NCBI GenBank assembly: GCA_000163695.1
Contig: GG774889.1
Location: 520,042-584,041, forward strand
DNA: 64,000 bases
Origin: Bacteroidetes oral taxon 274 str. F0058
GTDB taxonomy: Bacteria > Bacteroidota > Bacteroidia > Bacteroidales > Paludibacteraceae
Direction: 5' to 3'
Under the pieces are notes generated by a model. The model saw nothing but the letters and a program-made list of their open reading frames with translations, had not been told where the DNA came from and did no database searches. The translations under genes were made by a program, and so were the position numbers. Positions 59,011 through 64,000 of the stretch are shown in pieces. The number at the start of each line of letters is the position of its first letter. The first letter of the stretch is position 1.

Positions 59011-60453
59011 CTAAAACTTACCTTCTTTGTTTGCCTCGTCGATGCTCTGGTAGAGAGCCGTGGGGTAATTGCCGCTGAAGCAGGCAAGGCAAAGCTCCTT
59101 TCGGCAGCCCGACTTGTAGAGAGCCTCCTGCGATAAGAACGCCAGCGTATCGGCACCGATAGCCTGACGCACCTGCTCCACACTCTTGCGGGCGGACATC
59201 AGTTCGTCGAATGTGCTCGTGTCTACGCCGTAGAAGCACGGGTGTGTTATCGGGGGCGAAGCAATGCGGACGTGTATCTCTTTGGCGCCTGTCTCGCGTA
59301 GCATAGCCACTATACGTCGCGATGTGGTGCCGCGTACCAACGAGTCGTCTATGAGCACCACGCGTTTGTCTTTCACTATCGAACGCACGGCAGAGAGCTT
59401 CATCTTCACCCCCTTCTCACGCATATCCTGCGACGGCTGAATAAACGTCCTCCCCACGTATTTATTCTTTACCAACCCTTGCTCGTATGGTATCCCGCTT
59501 GCTTCGGCATATCCTATCGCCGCACTCAGCGATGAGTCGGGCACGCCGATTACTATATCGGCGTCGACGGGAGCCTCTTCGAACAACAGTTTGCCGCTCT
59601 CTTTGCGGAACGAGTGTACGTTGCAACGCTCCAAATCGCTGTCGGGACGTGAGAAGTAGACAAACTCCATCGCACACAGGTAATGGTGTTTGAATTTCGA
59701 ATAATCTGTCGATGTCATACCGTTTCGGTCGAAGACGACTACCTCACCCGGCTCGACGTCTCTTACGAACTCTGCTCCGACAATGTCGAGGGCACAGGTC
59801 TCCGAACTGACGACATATCCGCCGTTGAGCCGTCCTATCGAGAGCGGACGCAGCCCATATTTGTCGCGGGCGGCATAGAGTTTGTTTTCTGTAAGGATAA
59901 GGAAAGCGAAAGCTCCCTCTATCATATTCAACGCTTCGATGATGTTGTAGAGTTTGGCTGCCTCGTCTTTCTCTTTTTTTATAAGATGTGCCAGTATCTC
60001 GGAGTCGGAGGTCGATTGGAAGATACTTCCCCTGTCTTCGAGGTAGTTCGACAGTTCCCTCGAATTGACGAGGTTGCCGTTGTGTGCCAAGGCAAAGTTG
60101 CCCGTATGGTGGCGGAATACGAACGGTTGCACGTTCTTGATGCCTCCTCCGCCGGCAGTGGAGTAGCGTACGTGTCCGATAGACGCACTGCCTTCGAGCG
60201 ACGACAGATTTTTCTCGTTGAATATCTCCGTTACCAACCCTTCGCCTTTGACGTTGGAGAATACGCCGTCGTTACACGCTACTATGCCGCAACCTTCCTG
60301 CCCGCGATGTTGCAGCGAGTGCAAGCCGTAGTATGTGAGGTTGGCAGCATTCTGCACGCCAAATACACCGAAAACACCGCACTCCTCGTGTAACTCTCTG
60401 TCGTGGATTTGTGCAAGTGTGCTAAATGTAGAATCTTGTTCGTATTCGAGCAT
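59011..60453 (-). CDS. purF: amidophosphoribosyltransferase
   Basis: 480 aa; a short propeptide before the catalytic CGVFGVFG; glutamine amidotransferase plus PRTase (...VVLIDDSLVRGTTS...) and C-terminal Cys ligands. Confidence 0.88.
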   Translation of the reverse strand: MLEYEQDSTFSTLAQIHDRELHEECGVFGVFGVQNAANLTYYGLHSLQHRGQEGCGIVACNDGVFSNVKGEGLVTEIFNEKNLSSLEGSASIGHVRYSTAGGGGIKNVQPFVFRHHTGNFALAHNGNLVNSRELSNYLEDRGSIFQSTSDSEILAHLIKKEKDEAAKLYNIIEALNMIEGAFAFLILTENKLYAARDKYGLRPLSIGRLNGGYVVSSETCALDIVGAEFVRDVEPGEVVVFDRNGMTSTDYSKFKHHYLCAMEFVYFSRPDSDLERCNVHSFRKESGKLLFEEAPVDADIVIGVPDSSLSAAIGYAEASGIPYEQGLVKNKYVGRTFIQPSQDMREKGVKMKLSAVRSIVKDKRVVLIDDSLVRGTTSRRIVAMLRETGAKEIHVRIASPPITHPCFYGVDTSTFDELMSARKSVEQVRQAIGADTLAFLSQEALYKSGCRKELCLACFSGNYPTALYQSIDEANKEGKF

Positions 60454-60607
60454 TTATCGATAAAAAATGATGTTAGATATAAAATTTATTGAGGATGTTT
60501 ATCTGCCTTCAATTTTACGCCACAAAGGTATAAATTATTTTCCTTATTTATCGTATCCCTTTATAATGAGAAAACAGAATAATAGTGAGTCTATTCTTTT
60601 ATACGAA

Positions 60608-61291
60608 TTATAATTTGCAACCGCTTACAGAGTCTCCGTGTTTGTACGTGATAGTCCTTACTTTAGGATTTGGTCTGGGATTGACCTCATATTTCATCGA
60701 AGTCCAATATAGATCAAGATTTTTCCAAATTTTTGAGAACAAATTTCCAACAATATCAATATTAGAATGAGTTTGATTGTCGGGGAAGACATAATTTCGA
60801 GAATAGAAAGTAATATGATTGGATGTAATCCAAGGGACTCTTACCCTGACATTTTCTTCTTCATAAAAATTATTATTGCTGTCTCGGAGGTACAGATGAT
60901 GCATGATTCTATTCCCCTTTACCGTATATACGGTGATTCCTTTTATTTGGTCGTCATTTACAGTGCTTTCGCTGGCAATGGAATTGGTATATATTACAAA
61001 CGCCATTATATGGTCTTTGAATATTATATTTTTGCCTGCACAATATTTTATAAAAAACTGCAGCATATTTTCGTCTGTATCTGAGCTTGTAACACTTTCG
61101 GCATCTATTCCATCTTCTTCATACTGTATGATATTGAAAGTAGAGGTCATAGATTTATTCATCAGGTTGAACCGAACGGTTTGCCCTACCAAGTCGGGTT
61201 CTCTTCCACAGTTTTTATTTATTTTTATAGTGTTGCGATTACACGATACGAGTAAACATAACACTATGGCTAATATACTTGCGTGTTTCAT
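60608..61291 (-). CDS. lipoprotein paralog, copy 1 (short form)
   Basis: 227 aa; lipobox LLVSC; ~90% identical to copies 2 and 3 through ...YEVNPRPNPK, then an unrelated 17-aa tail. Confidence 0.6.
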   Translation of the reverse strand: MKHASILAIVLCLLVSCNRNTIKINKNCGREPDLVGQTVRFNLMNKSMTSTFNIIQYEEDGIDAESVTSSDTDENMLQFFIKYCAGKNIIFKDHIMAFVIYTNSIASESTVNDDQIKGITVYTVKGNRIMHHLYLRDSNNNFYEEENVRVRVPWITSNHITFYSRNYVFPDNQTHSNIDIVGNLFSKIWKNLDLYWTSMKYEVNPRPNPKVRTITYKHGDSVSGCKL

Positions 61292-61417
61292 AATAATATA
61301 AATTATAAGTTTTTGATTAATAGATTGTTTTTGCTCTTTTGGTGTGGAGAGCTCAGTGTAACCGCGACCAAACGATATGATATGTTCGTTTTTTTAAGTG
61401 AATACATAACTCTGTAT

Positions 61418-62053
61418 TCATTTGGGATCCGGTCTGGGATTGACCTCATACTTCATAGAAGTCCAATATAGGTCAAGATTTTTCCAAATTTTAGAGCCTA
61501 AATCTCCAACAATAAGAATATTGGAATTACTTTGGTTGTCGGGGAAGACATAATTTTTCTTATAGAAACTAATATGATTGGCTGTAATCCAAGGGACTCT
61601 TACCCTGACATTTTCTTCTTCGTAAAAATTATTATTGCTGTCTCGCAGGTACAGATGATGCATGATTCTATTCCCCTTTACCGTATATACGGTGATTCCT
61701 TTTATTTGGTCGTCATTTACAGTACTTTCGCTGGCAATAGAATTGGTATATATTACAAACGCCATTATATGGTCTTTTAATACAATGTTTTTATCGGCAC
61801 AATATTTTATAAAAAACTGTAACATATTTTCGTCTATACCTGGGGTTGTAACGCTCTCTTTTTTTGTTCCGTCGTCCTCATTCTTTATATATATATTGAA
61901 AGTAGAGGTCATAGATTTATTCATCAGGTTGAACCGAAGGGTTTGCCCTACCAAGTCAGGCCCACTGCCACAGGTCTCATCTATCTTTATAGTGTTGCGA
62001 TTACACGATACGAGTAAACATAACACTATGGCTAATATACTTGCGTGTTTCAT
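61418..62053 (-). CDS. lipoprotein paralog, copy 2 (short form)
   Basis: 211 aa; identical N-terminus MKHASILAIVLCLLVSCNRNTIKI; stops right after ...YEVNPRPDPK. Confidence 0.6.
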   Translation of the reverse strand: MKHASILAIVLCLLVSCNRNTIKIDETCGSGPDLVGQTLRFNLMNKSMTSTFNIYIKNEDDGTKKESVTTPGIDENMLQFFIKYCADKNIVLKDHIMAFVIYTNSIASESTVNDDQIKGITVYTVKGNRIMHHLYLRDSNNNFYEEENVRVRVPWITANHISFYKKNYVFPDNQSNSNILIVGDLGSKIWKNLDLYWTSMKYEVNPRPDPK

Positions 62054-62185
62054 AATAATATAAAATATAAGTTTTTAATTAATAGATTGTTTTTGCTCTT
62101 TTGGTGTGGAGAGCTCAGTGTAACAACGACCATATCAAAGGATATGATATGGTCATTGTTTTTAATAGATGTTTTTTACTCTTGC

Positions 62186-63391
62186 TCAATTTACTATTTT
62201 AAGAATATCGCTCATTTTTCGATTGGTAAAAGTATTTATATCTTGTTTTACCGTTTCAAGTATCGCTTTCCCTTTTCTAGTGGTAGTAATACTACTGTAC
62301 ATATCTATCAGATTTATCAAAGATTCCGACATTTGAGGTGTAAAAGGTACTGTATTCGTACGATTTTCGGAATCTAAAAAAGCTTGCATAATAGGATTGA
62401 AGTCCTTTAATACTTTTGCAGTTTCTACCGTTAGTCGAAAAGTAAATTTTCCTGACCATTCTTTTCCTAAATAATAATAATAATCGATGTATTTTCGTCC
62501 TTTGGCTGAATTATACAAAAAGTCATCCTTAAATGAGTACATTAGGTTTCTATCATAAGCGGCGGTATACGATGGTTCGTCCGCGTAACTTAATTCGGTT
62601 GCCGGACAAGGCGATAAAGGTCCATCAAGAAATTCACAATGATATTTGCTGGTAATAAGAGTCCACATACAAACCATATCCCGTGTTCCAACCTCACATC
62701 CATCCTCTGATCCACAGCCGGCCCCGACGACTTCCTGTTTGGTTGTATCAGACCTTACTTGGGAAGCCGGCTTGGGATTGACCTCATATTTCATCGAAGT
62801 CCAATATAGATCAAGATTTTTCCAAATTTTAGAGCCTAAATCTCCAACAATAAGAATATTGGAATTAGTTTGATTGTCGGGGAAGACATAATTTTTCTTA
62901 TAGAAACTAATATGATTGGCTGTAATCCAAGGAACTCTTACCCTGACATTTTCTTCTTCGTAAAAATTATTATTGCTGTCTCGCAGGTACAGATGATGCA
63001 TGATTCTATTCCCCTTTACCGTATATACGGTGATTCCTTTTATTTGGTCGTCATTTACAGTACTTTCGCTGGCAATAGAATTGGTATATATTACAAACGC
63101 CATTATATGGTCTTTTAATACAATGTTTTTATCAGCACAATATTTTATAAAAAACTGTAACATATTTTCGTCTATATCTGAGGGTGCAACGCTCTCTTTT
63201 TTTGTCCCATCGTCCTCATTCCTTACATATATATTGAAAGTAGAGGTCATAGATTTATTCATCAGGCTGAACCGAACGGTTTGTCCTACCAAGTCGGGGT
63301 CTCTGCCACAGGTCTCATCTATCTTTATAGTGTTGCGATTACACGATACGAGTAAACATAACACTATGGCTAATATACTTGCGTGTTTCAT
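62186..63391 (-). CDS. lipoprotein paralog, copy 3 (long form with a Cys-rich C-terminal extension)
   Basis: 401 aa; same N-terminal ~210 aa, then a unique ~190-aa region (...GAGCGSEDGCEVGTRDMVCMW...HCEFLDGPLSPCP...). Confidence 0.6.
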   Translation of the reverse strand: MKHASILAIVLCLLVSCNRNTIKIDETCGRDPDLVGQTVRFSLMNKSMTSTFNIYVRNEDDGTKKESVAPSDIDENMLQFFIKYCADKNIVLKDHIMAFVIYTNSIASESTVNDDQIKGITVYTVKGNRIMHHLYLRDSNNNFYEEENVRVRVPWITANHISFYKKNYVFPDNQTNSNILIVGDLGSKIWKNLDLYWTSMKYEVNPKPASQVRSDTTKQEVVGAGCGSEDGCEVGTRDMVCMWTLITSKYHCEFLDGPLSPCPATELSYADEPSYTAAYDRNLMYSFKDDFLYNSAKGRKYIDYYYYLGKEWSGKFTFRLTVETAKVLKDFNPIMQAFLDSENRTNTVPFTPQMSESLINLIDMYSSITTTRKGKAILETVKQDINTFTNRKMSDILKIVN

Positions 63392-64000
63392 AATAATATA
63401 AATTATAAGTTTTTAATTAATAGATTGTTTTTGCTCTTTTGGTAAAGGGGGAGAGCTAAAAACCCCTCTTTGTGTATGGCTATATGTGAGGAGTGCTTCC
63501 ATTAGCTTTGAGCATTGCCTGCCATACACGTTATCAAAAGAGTGATAGAGGCATACCTCCGAGCTCTCTATACGGCTATCGCTGCCATATAGAGCGGAAG
63601 CATAAGACAATGCCGAAGCGGGGAAGGTATTTGATGAATTTTATAAAATAGTCCGTTGATTCTTTTAATGAAAACCCAACATAGCAGTAGCGTATCTTTT
63701 GTATTAAGGTATGGTTTTGTGCTCTTATGTGGGTGAGATAGCCTATTTCCCTAAATACATAAATTATTATATGCCAAACAATACCCCACCACCTATGAGT
63801 AAAACAAGCGGAGTGCTCTAAGTTGTATAGTCTATTGGCATTCATAGCGATATATTATTGCTAATAAAACTACGTGGCAAAATTAAATAAAGTTTTTTAT
63901 ATTTCCAAATATAATTTTACGGATAATTTTAATGCACAAGGCTATATCCAACAAAAAAACGACCATACCAAACGATACGGTCGTCTTTTTTTAAGCGATA

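Larger units (their letters stand above)
60608..63480 (-). repeat. three tandem ~0.76-kb duplications (promoter plus 5' 630 bp of a lipoprotein gene)
   Basis: Near-identical DNA blocks at 60668-61320, 61430-62080 and 62766-63420, including the upstream TTATAATTTATATTATTATG region. Confidence 0.8.

Noticed and set aside
59683-60393. 236-aa plus-strand ORF antisense to purF, and 50533-51102 antisense to purM
   Set aside because: They are shadow ORFs opposite highly conserved, confidently identified genes.
60767-63401. Plus-strand ORFs (105-133 aa, repeated three times) opposite the lipoprotein paralogs
   Set aside because: They are repeated only because the underlying DNA is triplicated. They have no signal or start context; the minus-strand lipoprotein frame is the one that is open throughout.

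Overview
This is a Bacteroidota (Bacteroidales-like) chromosomal segment. The evidence is TAnnTTTG-type -7 promoter motifs before most genes and tRNAs, Por/T9SS C-terminal sorting domains, lipoproteins and CarbopepD-type TonB receptors.

The window opens with the last ~66 nt of a 16S rRNA, followed by tRNA-Ile and tRNA-Ala. A strong intrinsic terminator and a dps gene then follow where a 23S gene would be expected.

Housekeeping genes are recognisable by sequence: ribH, lpxD, rpsB-tsf, rseP, purM, purF, zupT, plus three further tRNAs (Pro-UGG, Met/Ile2-CAU, Arg-UCU). Four TonB-dependent receptor-like outer-membrane proteins are scattered among them.

The dominant accessory feature is a ~21.6 kb head-to-tail array (9.1-30.7 kb) of ten paralogous genes for secreted proteins that all end in a near-identical T9SS C-terminal domain. 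Nine of them are modular leucine-rich-repeat (LRR) proteins built from 1-3 copies of an [N-domain - LRR block - Cys-containing linker] module. One member (23559-24473) has an unrelated passenger domain. Each gene is separated by a ~260 bp conserved spacer carrying a palindromic 3'-UTR element, a terminator, a TAnnTTTG promoter and a long leader. Mosaic sequence sharing between non-adjacent paralogs points to ongoing gene conversion. An eleventh, divergent LRR-T9SS gene sits on the opposite strand at 57.2-58.7 kb.

A second accessory array at 60.6-63.4 kb holds three tandem paralogous lipoprotein genes created by ~0.76 kb duplications; only one copy keeps a Cys-rich C-terminal extension.

No CRISPR array, integrase, transposase or reverse transcriptase was seen. 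Many minus-strand ORFs inside the LRR genes are periodicity artefacts.
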